The position numbers and the translations under genes are program-made. The notes under the pieces were generated by a model. That model did not search any database, was not told the origin of the DNA, and saw only the letters and a program-made list of their open reading frames with translations. A DNA stretch of 64,000 nt from the NCBI RefSeq assembly GCF_006345805.1, contig NC_043009.1:18848001-18912000 (forward strand), given 5' to 3'. Position 1 is the stretch's first letter. Each line of letters starts with the position of its first letter. Origin of the DNA: Octopus sinensis. Its lineage: Eukaryota. Positions 41,201 through 56,125 of this stretch are shown here, one piece after another.

Positions 41201-43765
41201 TTGATCAAGAGTCAATCTCGCCGCTAGAAAGTCGGTCGCAATGTTTTTCCTAAGAGCCTCTTCTAACTTCCTAGCTAGGTCTCCTTCTACTCTAGATTCA
41301 TCTAACGCTATTTGCTTGCTAAAACCTACCGCCTCTATTCTAATAGCCCTTTTCAGGGCTATCCACCAACGGCTGTTGACGATCGCGCCTGCCAACTCTC
41401 GATGCAATAACTTGCTAATCCGGTCTCTGAAAGCTTGGCGCGCCGGAAAGGACGCATTCAGATTCCATTATCCGGGGTCCTGTCAATGGATCATCTATGT
41501 CGACCATACAGATCACAAATTTATGGTCCGTGTACCCGACGACTTTGAAACGTAGACAACTTATACTATTTCTATCAACAGGTCTACAAAATACTCTATC
41601 TAGATACGATTAAGAAGACCCGATGCGGTTCGCTCATGTCCACATTGGCGCATTCGAGAAATCCAGTCGGTACTTGTCAACCAAATGAAAGCGACTCAGC
41701 AAGTTTGTGAGACTTTGATTCCCCCCTCTCCTATCAGCTTGCCCCACCCTCTATCGACGCGTACGTCCAAGATGGCGTTCCGGTCGCCCACTAACATTAT
41801 AGAGCGTGGCATCCCATGGAAATCCTCCAAGCGTCTGAAGAAATCTGGCTGCCCCGCCCCCGTGGAGGGTGGGTAAACAGCGAATAGTCTAAAGGCCCCG
41901 CCTTCACTGTCGCTCACGCTCACGTTCGGGTCCAGGAAGATCGTCCGAACTTGGAGATCCAGGCCTTTCCTAATCAGTATTGCCAGAGGAAAAGAACAAA
42001 AAGGGGTTACTCATCCTCCTAGAGCTGTTGGCAACCCAGTGACCCAAGCTCCGGATCTGGTTCCTCTGGGGAATCGGAAAAAGCCGCTTCGTAGCGCGGA
42101 CGCTTGTCCTTCCCACGTCATGCGGAGAAATCCCTCCGAATTTTTTGCATGCTTTGAGAGGTAGCCGAATTAGCATTAGGTAATCCGGAACCCTAAGGGT
42201 GCTGGTGTTGTAAATTGCTCCCTCCCTCTCAATCTCCTGGTTTCTGGCTGAGAACCAACAAATTTTTGTTGGTTCTACTCACGAGCACGTAATTCGGGGT
42301 TTCCGAATTGGTGACTGTAATTTTCTTTTGGAGGCTACGTGTGGTTGTGAGTGCATTGGTGGATTTGGTTGGGGGTAGTGGTGGTTGTGGGGATAGTGAT
42401 GCTGGTGTTGTTTTTGCTATGCTTATGTTCGATGTGCTGCGGGTTTCTGTGTTTTCAGGTGTTGGTATAGGTTCGTCTTCTTTTTCCTTTATCTCTTGCG
42501 TTCTTCTTTTTTTTGCTTTGTAAGGTTCTTCCTCGCCTTCACTATGGGATGAAGAGGGACTAGTGCCTGTAAGATCTGTCTCGGGGTGTGTACTTGTGAT
42601 AGTGTGAGCGCGTTTGTGTGAGTGCATGTTTGAGAGGGGAGTTGAGGAGTTCACTTGCCTCTGTTTTTGGAGATGAGGCTACCGTTTTATTAAAAAGGTC
42701 TCTTGTTGGGGGTACAATATAGGCTGCAGGTGTAGCTGCATGCCTCCCAACGTTTGGGGGCAGAAGGTTCTCAAGTTGCTTGTGTACCCACTGATGTCCC
42801 ATCTGGGCTTCCTGCCTTCCTCAACGACACGCAGTTCCACCCCGTTGGGTAACTGGATCAGGTCGGGGATCTTCTCGATATTTTTTCCGGTTTTACATTA
42901 ATTAATATTCCCAAATTGATCCCACACCAGTTCTCTCTCCTGATCCTTTTTACCTCCAGGAGTGACTCTGAGCTCTGCACCACACAGGCGACAATCCACC
43001 AAACGTTTACGGCCGGTGGAACGCCATTTATTCAAATTCTGGTCGTTCTCTTTGAGTGGTATGTGGGATACAGGATCAGCTCAGTCCACCGGGATGACAC
43101 TGCGTGTCTTCGTGCGAGATCCTCACTTTTCCAATGCTGGAAAACTGCCTTCCTCTCTGTATATGGGCCACATCTATTAAAATTTCTCCGAAGGCCTTCT
43201 CAACACGACTGATGGACGCTATTTCAGCTCTCACACTTTTGCGTGATACGTATTTAAAATATACTATCTTCTCTTTTGTCTCTATTATTTCGGGAGGTAC
43301 GAGCACTGCAGCCTTACTCCCCTCAAATTTAATGAGATCTTTCACTTTTGACAGTTCACGGGTTTTGTCATCAAGTGCGATAACAAACATTTCTCTCTTT
43401 GCGTTCGCTACATCAGCAAACCTTTATTTTTGTTATTGGTTTTGTTGTTGTTGTCGTCGGCGTTGCTGTTGTTGTTGTTGTACTACTGCTGCTACTGCTG
43501 CTGCTGTTGCTGTTTCTTGCGTTGTTGTTACCACTGCCACTACTGCTTCCGCCGCCGCTATCAATGCTACCACTGCTGTTGTCGATGTTACCACTACGTT
43601 CCTCCAAGGTGGACTTTGTACTTTTTCTCCCTCCCTTTTCTCCTCCACCTCTCCTGTATCGTTGCCAGTAACGGAGGGGGGGGATCTTCAGCAGTCACTA
43701 GACTTACGGAAGGACAGTTAATTCTTTATAACTCTTCAAAGCTGCGCTCAGCCATCTTGTTGAAT
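38240..43765 (-). mobile_element. Near full-length degenerate L1/Tx1-clade LINE
   Basis: ORF1 remnants at 42.2-43.4 kb. APE motifs (FAVYPP, LVGDRNAILD, YLDRV, SDHK). RT motifs (SPGLDGLP, DNFRP, LDQSKAFDRVDHQYL, PLSPLLYVLALEPL, AYAN, LLGVWFG). AATAAA and (TTA)n tail at 3' end; CAAGATGGC near 5' end. Confidence 0.88.
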
Positions 43766-43991
43766 TGTATATGATTAAACGCCAACCGAACTTATTTTGT
43801 GAGTCAAATATAACTCTGCGACGTGCCAAACAGAGACAGAAAACCAGTGACGGGTTCCTGATGTTTCTATTAACAACATGGAACAAAATGTAAAACGAAA
43901 AAATGACACCAAATTGGTGTAAACAAATGTTTTAGACTGAATTTATTTGGAGCGTTCGAAAACACGTCCGATGTACTCCGTCGCGTACACA

Positions 43992-44120
43992 TGTTTGTGA
44001 TGCACATGCCTGGTGTAGTATTATCAGACGAGTAGTCATAATGGATATACTGGGCTTCGTATATTTTACCTCATTGTCACTTTGATGGCATGCGCTGCTC
44101 TTTCACTCAATAATAATAAT
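43992..44120 (+). mobile_element. SINE/LINE 3' tail fragment ending in (AAT)n
   Basis: ...gtcactttgatggcatgcgctgctctttcactcaataataataat, recognised as a repeat tail. Confidence 0.45.
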
Positions 44121-45209
44121 TTTTAGTTATCACCGCTAAGCACACTCACCCTATAAATTAATTACGATGAGCCGTCGATTTGCTACCAGCCGACGGATGT
44201 TGACTGGAAAAACATTAGAGAGATTGTCTCGCTTATCAGCTCGCAGCGTCACCGCTCGGTTTCTGTGACTGAAGAGGAGATTACTATTCCGAAATACTTC
44301 CTTCTCGCAGTCAGAATGAGTGGCGCTGCGAGCTGATTTGGGTGCATTTACACCATATGTCTACAACGAAGATTTTTCTCCGTCACAAAACACGATGACT
44401 GACTTGTTTACAAGTCCGAACGTGCTATTAGCATATTCGAACTGGTATTAACATTGCACTAACACTTTTAAGCCTAACGAAGGCTTTTCTGAATCAATAA
44501 ATCATCTGCCCTGCATTCTCAAGAATAAGGTTAGAAAGTACATTTCCTCATTCTTATCGCTCGAGGCAGCCTTTAACGATGCTGCCCTTCAATAGAGAGA
44601 AGATACTCGATATAGCAAGTGGGAGCAACCCTAGAAAGACTCGCAACATGCCCGACTATTAACCCCCACCTTATAAATGGAATCACGAAATACCCTAAAT
44701 AACGATAACACCAACAAGTAAACAAAATGACCAGCTTAAACTTAACTTCTACCTACATTCGTTTGAGGGAAAAGGTTAACACACCCAATACATAAGGACT
44801 TAAATACTGGACTTTGTACTTTTGTTCTTTACATTGTCAAAGAAAAAGGATTAATTCTAAAAGCAACAAAAATATGTGCATATGTAACAAAAGAGAAACA
44901 CTGACGGGGTTGTTTACAAAGTTGTAGGTACATGAACAAATTCTAAACTATAACATAACTCCAAATTTAATCAGTTAAAATTTCTCGAAAACATCTCTCC
45001 ATAACAACCGGCCATAAGAATCTAATTGCTACCCTACTCTAACCTACACACCCAAGGAAGATTTTAAATCAATTGATACAATATAAAGGCAAGACTACCT
45101 TTAACGCATCCAACGATGGTGTAGCTGGCCGAACATTCGAAGTCACTGTCAAAAACATTCTTATTTAAGAATAATATATATATGTGTGTGTGTGCGTGTT
45201 TATTGGATG

Positions 45210-46190
45210 AATGAATTATCCTTTGTTTACCGTTAACATGGAAAATTCAATAAACAGTTACCAGGGTAGCAAAATTCACGCAAGTAACACGGATGAAGCG
45301 ACCCATTCAAAGGTGGAAACTCGGGTTAATGTGCAATAATTTGTGTAGTATAAGTATATAAATGGAGTTGAACGCAGATGTTATTAAAATTCTTTTACTT
45401 TCGACATATGTTTCGAAGACAACATTGGTTTTATTCCAAAGGAATAAACGGTATAAAATGCAATCTTCTCATCAGGAAAGAAAGAGAACCTTTCTCTACA
45501 ACAAGACATTATAACAATTTTGATGACTGCATAAATGATAAACAGAACGCTATTAAGTATTTTTTAAAAATCCGTTAGTAGATTCGACGTCAAGGGCAGA
45601 TACTAGAAAGAGAAGGGTTAAAGAAATAATAAGTAGAGAACAAATAAAGAGGGATACGTTGGTTGAAAAATGTTCAAAGGCTTAGAAGTAGATTTCTCTA
45701 TTGAAGTGAAGTGCAAGTTAAACTAACTGTTCAAGCTATAAAAACTGGTATAAATCACTTATATGAGCTAAAGGTATGTTTCTGCCAGTGCTTACATTTG
45801 TAAGATCGGTCTATAAGTGTGTTAACAAGGTGATTCTTAGAGAAGAGAATATGAAAGAGTTCAGAGTTGCAAATGTTACAAAATCCCTTGCCCTTATCGT
45901 AAGGAAAAGATATGGACATGATGAACCAATCTAACTTAAAATCTTTATTGTTGTCTTTAAGATGCCAAACCAATTTACTTAGCCCTGTGTTATGACGTTT
46001 ACTGCTATCCCTAAATGATGAATAATGATCGGAAATTCTCTTAGATAACTGGGAAGAGGATGCGCCAATGTAGAAGTAAACATCTGTGCCGCAAGAAATT
46101 TTACATTGGTATATAGAATTCTTGATCGTAGAATTATTAGACATAAATTTAATTCTGTTGGGGTTGACCTCAGAGACAAAAACCATGTTT
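45210..46190 (-). mobile_element. Penelope-like element 3' end with GIY-YIG endonuclease ORF (45755-46186)
   Basis: SIYQCKI...FYIGASS...KRISDHYSSF...TGLSKLVWHLK...CNIC.SE...CKH, followed by a terminal repeat carrying a hammerhead. Confidence 0.88.
45398..45480 (-). ncRNA. Type I hammerhead ribozyme, intact core
   Basis: Minus strand: ctttc-CTGATGA-GAAGA...TCTTC-GAAAC-atat-GTC-gaaag. 5-bp stem I, stem II GAAGA/TCTTC, palindromic stem III ACATATGT, GUC triplet. Confidence 0.8.
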
Positions 46191-46197
46191 TTATTGC

Positions 46198-46256
<59 letters not shown>

Positions 46257-46257
46257 T

Positions 46258-46430
46258 ATGTTTGACTTTTGCTTTATATTTGTACAAGTTGGCTCCAAGT
46301 CTCACCCAGAGACCTCAAGAGATAACAGGTTGGAAGTTCATGTTGTTATGCCCAGTGTGCCATATATTTGGGTTTCTTTTTGGTGTTGTACTAGTGAATG
46401 TCTAAAAAAAAATTTTTTTAAACGATTATT
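46258..46430 (-). mobile_element. R4/Dong-like family B, 3' UTR only
   Basis: Matches 48382-48540 and abuts (TTA)n at 46198-46255. Confidence 0.8.
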
Positions 46431-46479
46431 ATTATTGAACATCTGCAATCAACTCCATTTATTTACTTATATATATATA

Positions 46480-46536
<57 letters not shown>

Positions 46537-46546
46537 ATATATATAT

Positions 46547-47542
46547 AAGTCAAGGTAGAAAATGCTAAAATAATTTTATCATAAAAACATTTTAGTACCG
46601 GTTTCAGTCATTCAGACTTTTTCAACTCTAAGTATGGAAAACAATTAAATTTTGGAAAAATTATTGGATATTTATTTTGAATGTATCATTTTAAATATTT
46701 GCGTGTGTTTTATTCTAAGATCGTGGTGAATATATCATTTGTTGTAAATGCGTCCAAAAGGGGTCTGTATTTTGTGATAATGAACAACTCTTTACTAATT
46801 CGTTGGCTACAGGTTGTATCGTCCCTAAATTGAGAGAGGATTTTTGTTATTGGCGCAAATGTCGATGTGTTGGCTGAATGCTATTTTTCTGTTTTTCGGA
46901 ATTTTGATCTGGGATCTGTGCAGAGCCTTTGACGTAGACTGTTTTCGTTTGGCCTGTATATTGCTCTTGATACCCAGAGCAGGTTAGTGCGTATATCAGG
47001 TTCTCCGAAGCACATGTGAAGCTCCTTTTCACTGTGAAACATTATCCCTATTTGAAGGAGAACTCTAATCTCTCAATCAAATTGACGCATATCCCACAGT
47101 TGGGTCTCTCGAATTTATTTTACTGGGGGTTCAGTGTTTTTGTTGAGCGTATTCGGCTTGTGTTGGGAGACTTTTCATAGATTTGGGCTGTTTCTTGCTT
47201 TTTATGATGGTGTGTGCTTGGAGGATAAAGTTCATTCTGTGGTCCTTTTTTAGCAGGGGAATGTTTTGAAGGATGGTGTCGAAGGCTTCATTGTTAAGAT
47301 GGTTGTGTTGAGATATATGGTAGGGCGTTTGGTTGCAAATCTTTCTTTAATTTGGGATGTCCGAGTTCGTGGATCTTGAGTTGTAGGGCACGTTGAAAGC
47401 ATATGTCAGTTAGAGAAGGTGGGTAGTTCCTGGTGATGAGTGTATTCTTTAATTCATATAGTCGTGTGTCCCTAGTGCTTGCATTAGAAACTATAGTACA
47501 ATTCCTTTTTGCTACGTTGGAGTGGATATTCATTCTGGTGTG
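46547..47542 (-). mobile_element. Penelope-like element, 5'-truncated (RT C-terminus, linker, GIY-YIG)
   Basis: RLYELKNTLITRNYP, LPYIST, FTCASENLIYALTCSGYQEQYTGQTK. Confidence 0.85.
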
Positions 47543-47982
47543 TCTGCACAGATCCCAGATCAAAATTCCGAAAACAGGAAAATACCACTCAGCCAACACA
47601 TCGACATTTGCACCAACAACAAAAATCCAAGCTTCAGAATTTTACCCTCTATCAATTTAGGGACGATACAACCTGTAGGCAACGAATTAGTAAAGAGTCA
47701 TTCATTATCACAAAATACAGACCCCTTTTGAACGCATCTACAACAAATGATATATCCACCACGACCTTAGTATAACGCACACGCAAATATTTAAAATGAT
47801 ACATTCAAAATAAATATCCAAGAGTTTATTAGAAACAATTCGAATCACTACTATAATCCACAACGAACCAAATTTAGGTCACTATGCCATTTAACATCCT
47901 ACTACTATCATACCACTCACGCATTCTTTTATTATTTTTTCTCTTGTTGTTGTTGTTGTTGTTCTTCTTCTTCTTCTTCTTC

Positions 47983-48055
<73 letters not shown>

Positions 48056-48059
<4 letters not shown>

Positions 48060-48313
48060 TAGTTTTATTTTTATAGCGTGCTTTCACTTCACTACCGAGC
48101 ACAGCTCTGTGTGCCTTGGGTATGTGCTGTGATTTGTTGTGATGCTCTGATGGTTATTGTATGGAAAGTGTTCTGCGTAGGATGTGTGCAGTGCCTAGTA
48201 GTGCAATTTTCTGTATGTTATATGTGTTTGTAAGTCCTGGTGTTTTTGTTATGTATTTGTCTGAATATTTTTTCATCATGCCTAATGAACCTACTATGAT
48301 AGGAATTGTTTTG
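48056..48313 (-). mobile_element. R4/Dong-like family A, short 3' fragment
   Basis: Reverse complement of the 3' end of 34281-38230 (IQKIALLGTAHILRRTL plus UTR). (TTA)n on both sides. Confidence 0.9.
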
Positions 48314-48381
<68 letters not shown>

Positions 48382-48384
<3 letters not shown>

Positions 48385-50393
48385 GTTTGACTTTTGCTTT
48401 ACATTTGCACAAGCTGGCTCCAAGTCTCACCCACAGACCTCAAGAGACAACAAGTTGGAAGTTCAAGTTGGTGTTATGCCCAGGGTGTCATATATTTGGT
48501 TTTGTACTTACTGTTGTACTAGTGAATGCCTAAAAAAACCATACGAAAATTATGTTTGTTTTAAAACTTGAGATTGCAAAGGAAGTATTTTGCGTAGGAT
48601 ATGAGCAGTTCCCATGGGCACTATCTTTTGAATTTCTGCCATTGTGGGGTTTCCTGGTATTTGAGTTAGGTAGCAATCAGCCCCTTTTGCAATCATTCCC
48701 AGGGCGCCTATGACAACAGGTATTGTTTTAGTCTTCAGGTTCCACATTTTGCTGATTTCAATTTCCAGATCTTTATATTTGCTCAGTTTCTGGTAGGTCT
48801 TGACAGTTAGGTTTATATCGATTGGGACAGTCATATCAATGAGGAGGCATGTTTTTTGTCTTTTACTATGATGTCTGGCCTATTAGCGTCTATCTTTCTA
48901 TCAGTTTGAATAGTGAAGTTCCAGAGGAGTGAGATGTGGTCATTTTCAAGCACTGGAGGTGGTTTGTGTTCCTACCAGTTTTTATCATGGGGCAAGTCCA
49001 GGCTTTTGCAAATTACCCAGTGAATATATTGTGCAGCTCTATCATGCCTGTTGAGATACTCTGTAGGCGCAAGAAGACTGCACTTGGAGACAACATGATC
49101 AATGGTTTCATTTTGTTGTTGACATACACGACAAGTTGGGCTACCGCCGTTCTTTAATATGTTGGCCTGGTAGTTCCTTGTAGGTAGGCATTGATCTTGA
49201 GCTGCTATGATAAACCCTTCTGTTTCAGATTTTAAGCCAGAGGCCATTAGCCATTGATGGGTCAGGGCTTTCTCAACATCTGCATTATTCGCTCTCCTTG
49301 AGTATTTGCCATTGAGAGGTTTTTCTTGCCATTTATCATTCAGAATATCTAAGGCCGCAGATTTAGCACGGGTGTTCATGCGCTTTGCTTTTTCTGTGCT
49401 TGTTTCTTGTGTGTCTAATTCCGGAATTTGTTGTATTCGGAATTCACTTAGATATTCCTTTGCCTGTGTTGTTACTGAGTATGATGCTTTCTTGTTTTCA
49501 GGTTTTGAGACGAGTTTTAACATCCAGTCCTCAGAGTTTTTCAGATAGGTGTCTAGGCCAATTGTAGCAACCTTCGTTGTTATTACCAGTTGTAAAAGCC
49601 CACGGCCTCCCTCTTTTCTTGGTAGATAAAGTCGATCTATATCTGCCTTAGGGTGGTGCATTCTATGCATTGTCAACAGTTTTCGTATTTTTCTGTCAAG
49701 ATTACATATTTCAGTAATTGACCAGTTAATGACATTGAAACTGTAAGTCACGACTGGTATGGCTAAAGCATTGATCTCTTCGATCCTGTTTCTTGCATTC
49801 AGCTCTGTCTTGAGTATTGCTCTTACTCTGCGATAACATTCTCTCCTGATCCTTTCCTGCATCACTGAATGTCTTATTCCGTCCCCTTCAATTACCCCTA
49901 GGTACTTGTAGCTCTCCGCTGGGTTTAACTCTTTTATGACATTCTGCTGGTCAAGGTTAACGTTAGATGTTTCTGTCATTTTTCCTTTGATAAATGTAGC
50001 TTTTGCACATTTATCGAGGCCAAATTGCATTCTGATGTCATCACTGAATTGTTTAACAATCGCTAGTAAGCCCTTGAGTTGTTCGTCATTTTTTGCAAAG
50101 AGCATTAAATCATCCATGTAAATGAGATGATTTATATTTTTATCAAACATTTTATATCCATACTGCGCGTCATTGAGCAATTTTGAGAGAGGTATTAAGG
50201 CTAAACAAAAGAGAGGAGTGGTGATAGTTAGTCGCCCTGGAAAATGCCACATGAAATTTTTACACCACCAGCATTTAGAGATTCATCATCACTGTTCAAA
50301 GTTAGTGTGGTTCTCATACTTACAGACAAAAAGTTTCGCAGAGTAGGCGCTATTTTGTACATTTCTAAACATTTCTTTATCCAGCTATGTGGT
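48382..50393 (-). mobile_element. R4/Dong-like family B, 5'-truncated (RT plus RLE)
   Basis: GIFQGD, HLIYMDDLMLF, YKYLG, CRVCQQQNETIDHVVSKC, RHDRAA, KLSKYKDLEIEI. (TTA)n on both sides. Confidence 0.92.
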
Positions 50394-50420
50394 ATTATTA
50401 TTATTATTGTTATTATTATT

Positions 50421-51965
<1,545 letters not shown>

Positions 51966-52259
51966 TTTGCCAAGAATTCACAACGACCTCGAACCCACAA
52001 GAGTAAAATAGAGAGACAGTGACAGGCAGAAACAAGAAAAATCCCCCTTGTATTTGAATACCATGAAAATATTCTTTTAAAAAACTTTTCATTTAATTTT
52101 TCCAAAATTTAATTGTTTTCTATACTTAGAGTTGGAAAAGTCTAAATGACTGAAACCGGTACTAAAATGTTTTTTATGATAAAATTATTTTAGTATTTTC
52201 TACCTTGACTTATTTTCCTTATACATATCCACTCGTGTGTTCCTTTTCAACCTTCTACA

Positions 52260-52335
<76 letters not shown>

Positions 52336-52351
<16 letters not shown>

Positions 52352-52547
52352 ATTATATGTTTGACTTTTGCTATATATTTGTACAAGTTGGCTCCAAGTC
52401 TCACCAGAGACCTCAATAGACAACAAGTTGGAAGTTCATGTTGGTGTTATGCCTACATGGATGATTTAAAGCTCTTTGCAAAAAATGACCAACTCAAGGG
52501 CTTACTAACGATTGTTAAACAGTTCAGCGATGACATCAGAATGCAAT
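52336..52547 (-). mobile_element. R4/Dong-like family B fragment with inverted RT piece
   Basis: 52336-52453 is the family B 3' UTR (minus). 52454-52547 is YMDDLKLFAKNDQLKGLLTIVKQFSDDIRMQ on the plus strand. Confidence 0.8.
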
Positions 52548-52569
52548 GTTTGTGTGTGTGTGTGTGTGT

Positions 52570-52827
<258 letters not shown>

Positions 52828-52922
52828 CAGACAATCAGACAGACAGAGTTTTTGCCACATTGACATTTCGGTAGGTATAAACTGACAGATAATCTTTAGC
52901 AAATTTTCTTGTTTTGTTTCAG

Positions 52923-53150
52923 ATAAACTCAAAAATTTTGTGACAGTGCGCAACGCTTACACCCAAACAAACCTACTCTTGAAAGAGCTACATGACAAAA
53001 CCCCTGAAGAATGTGCCACTGTTTGTTTATCCTTGGAGAGCTGTAAATCATTTGAGTTCTCGAAAGATGACAGAAGTTGTTCTTTGAAAGATGATATCGC
53101 TGGTTTGAAACTGAAAGCTGATAAGACTAAAAATTATTACCAACGTATTT
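52923..53150 (+). CDS. Gene B coding exon 3: PAN/Apple domain 1
   Basis: 228-nt phase 1-1 exon, ttttcttgttttgtttcAG acceptor, T|GTAAGT donor. CATVCLSLESCKSFEFSKDDRSC...NYYQR. Confidence 0.92.
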
Positions 53151-53881
53151 GTAAGTAATTCTATATTTTAACGTTTTATGGAAATAGAAAAAGCAATTAA
53201 TTAGGTGTATGCTGTTATCTTCCAGTCATTTCAATACAACCACGTAGCGTCAATTTCTCCTTTAAACTATCTCAATTTTCTGAGATACTTTTTACTAAAA
53301 GTCAAGAGATCTAATGTATTTTGTTTATTCTTCTACCCAAATGTATTGCTTTTCTGTGAAAATGAATATTTAATAAAACTATAACAAACACTTTTAGAAT
53401 AAACACAAAACTTCAAATCAGTTGAATCTGCAAACATTTTTCAATAAATAATTCTGTATATCTGATTTTCTGTTACATTGCTAATGCATTTGGGAACTGC
53501 CTGAACGTCGTGCAATCTAATTTTCCTTCTTCCGTAGATTTTCAGATTACAAGATATAATCAATTCAACTAATCGTTATTTTGTAGACTCCAAAATAATG
53601 AAATGCAAGACATAGAATGAAGTTGAATTTAATCTAAGATGGTTTCATTTCTGATACTGAAAAAGAAAATAAGCTTTCATGATTAAGGAATAAAAACAGT
53701 TATGTAGTTACCATTAAACAAATTTGACAAAAATTACGATGCATTAAGCAGGTAGAAAATTAATTTCTTCAAGCCTCACACTGAATTCATATTAGCTATA
53801 TGAATACATTGGTAATCAGTTAAAAAGCCAATAAATTTTATACTCATACACAAGACACGTTATGCAATTTATTTGTTGCAG

Positions 53882-54115
53882 TCCCCGGAATTTTGGTAAA
53901 CGTCCTCGGTGCCAGCATGCCTAAATATGACAATCTGGGAAGAGTGAATAACGTAAATTTGACAGGGTGTATAGAATCCTGCTACAAAAATCCCAAGTGT
54001 CAGTCAATGGAGTTCAAAGAAGGAAGCCGCAAATGTGACCTGTCGAGTGCCTCCCATTTAAACTCGACTTTGGAGCAGAGTAAACATGGCTGGAATTATT
54101 ACCAGATCGATAGAG
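53882..54115 (+). CDS. Gene B coding exon 4: PAN/Apple domain 2
   Basis: 234-nt phase 1-1 exon, tttgttgcAG acceptor, AG|GTATGT donor. CIESCYKNPKCQSMEFKEGSRKCDL...WNYY. Confidence 0.92.
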
Positions 54116-56125
54116 GTATGTGTTGTATGTTGTGATTCTATGGTTGATGAGTGCTATTGACAAAAGAAACTTCACTCATCAATTATGTAGTGTTTATACC
54201 AACCATATTTGTCAGTGCATGTTACTTAATACTAATTTATTAAATATATTATACATGATTATAAATACACGTGGTTCTGTAAAATAACGACTATCAATTT
54301 TGTACTATTATGTGAATATCGTTTGAATAAGTTCAGTTCGTACATATAAGTTCAATTCGTCTTCACCTCGAAGAAAATGAGGTTATGAAAGTCAAAAACT
54401 AACCAGTTCAATCCTTATATCAATCTACCAAAGCGTAGTGGTTGTAGCTATTGTATAATTACTGCCACCTCTGATTCAGCAGTCCTCGGTTCGCAGGCAG
54501 TCAACGAGGATCAAACCGCAGATCTACCCAGTTATATCGTGGCTCCGCCTAGCTGAGAACTATATTGCATACTGCTACATACAGTGATAAATCATATGCT
54601 GTGTTGCATGTGACAGTCTGAACACGTTACACTCCCCTCACTGTCTGGTATATTTGTTCACTCTAGCGGAGTCTGGTGGACAGTGCAATTTTCAGTTGTT
54701 GATCCACTGCACTTATTTTTCCAGCATAATAAGGCCAATGAACATTGAATGTTCAACTGTTTACGAGTGCATGTGTTTCTTTGTGTGTGTGCATATGTTT
54801 CCTTTGCAACTATTTTTGTACTTTGTTCCTGGCAAGTGCAGAGAGTGTGGGTATTTTAAAAGTGCTTTGGAGCGTTGAATCTTGAGGGTGTTTCGGCGTT
54901 TCACAGAAGTTCTCTATGTAATGATAGGGAATCATATAGGATGCAGTATGACAGTCTTAGAATAATCTCTCATTCTCCTCTGTATGCAACTGTTAATTAT
55001 ACTTCCGTTGATACTGGGGGAGGCCAAGGTGGAGTCGATCAGAGAACAACAGTTTCTCTTTTTGCATTTGATATTGGTTGTGTGCATTTCAGTTTGAGGG
55101 TATCGTGGCTGTTGCTGCTGCATTTATTTCTGAATGTATGTATTTTTTAGCTTGTCTGGAAGAGGCTAATTTTCTCTAGTTTTACATACATGCCCCAATG
55201 ATTATCTGGCTATTCATGTGGTTGCAGTGCTGCAGCAATTAGTAGTCATCGCATGCCTAGGTGGTTTTTCATTTTTAGTTATTAGCAACGCTTAAGAAAA
55301 TCAAATGAAAAACTACCATACTTTAACAAAGATCCCAACAAATTACCTTCCACCATCAATAACTGAGTAAAGCAGCACACTCTTGACCTGAGCTATTTTC
55401 ACCAGCGCACCCCAGTACTACAGCGATATGTCAATGCTGATGGAATTCAAAGATAATATCCATTGTCTAAGGAATAAAACCAACAAATCTGCCTCGCACG
55501 AACATTGCAAACCTAAAATGCTAAAGTTCAGACTCACTACCCACACAAACCTCGATGGCAAACTTTTCGCCTTAGTATAAACACACTCGCTAAAGATATT
55601 AGGGACTGTTCAACAAAATTACCCCTATTCATCTCATTTCGAATCACAAATAGTCGGAATCGACGTCCGAGACCTTTCACTTAACACCGCTTCTAAATCT
55701 TTTTCAGTGTTAAATCCATTAAGACAACAAACTTTGAAGCTGAAATATTTAACTACATTGAAAACTCATTTAAACCTAGTATCTGCCAGGATATCCATTC
55801 TTTCAGAATTATAGATAGAAGAGCAGACACTAGTTTGCCTTAATATAACCTATCACAGAAAGACTAATACACCACAAACTACAATATGAAACCGAAAATC
55901 ATGGATCGCACCAGGTCATATTTGAAAAATGCATCTTCATCCTGTGGTCCGAAAAGAGAATGGTTATAATGCTTCATACCCGACCCACCTTCAACTCAAT
56001 TTTGGAACTGATTTTCTATATGTACAAGTAGAATTTTTCAAAACAAAAGAATAAATAGGCGTTGCTGGATATAAAGCAAGCAAATACAACATAACAGATT
56101 TAACAGACCAACTTTACTATGACTG

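Noticed and set aside
42229-42654. Ser/Thr/Pro-rich ORF as another mucin-like exon
   Set aside because: It lies within the Tx1/L1 element at the ORF1 C-terminal position and is antisense to gene B.
44150-45130. Possible decayed LINE endonuclease region (similarly 55200-55990)
   Set aside because: Too degenerate to support a call by eye.
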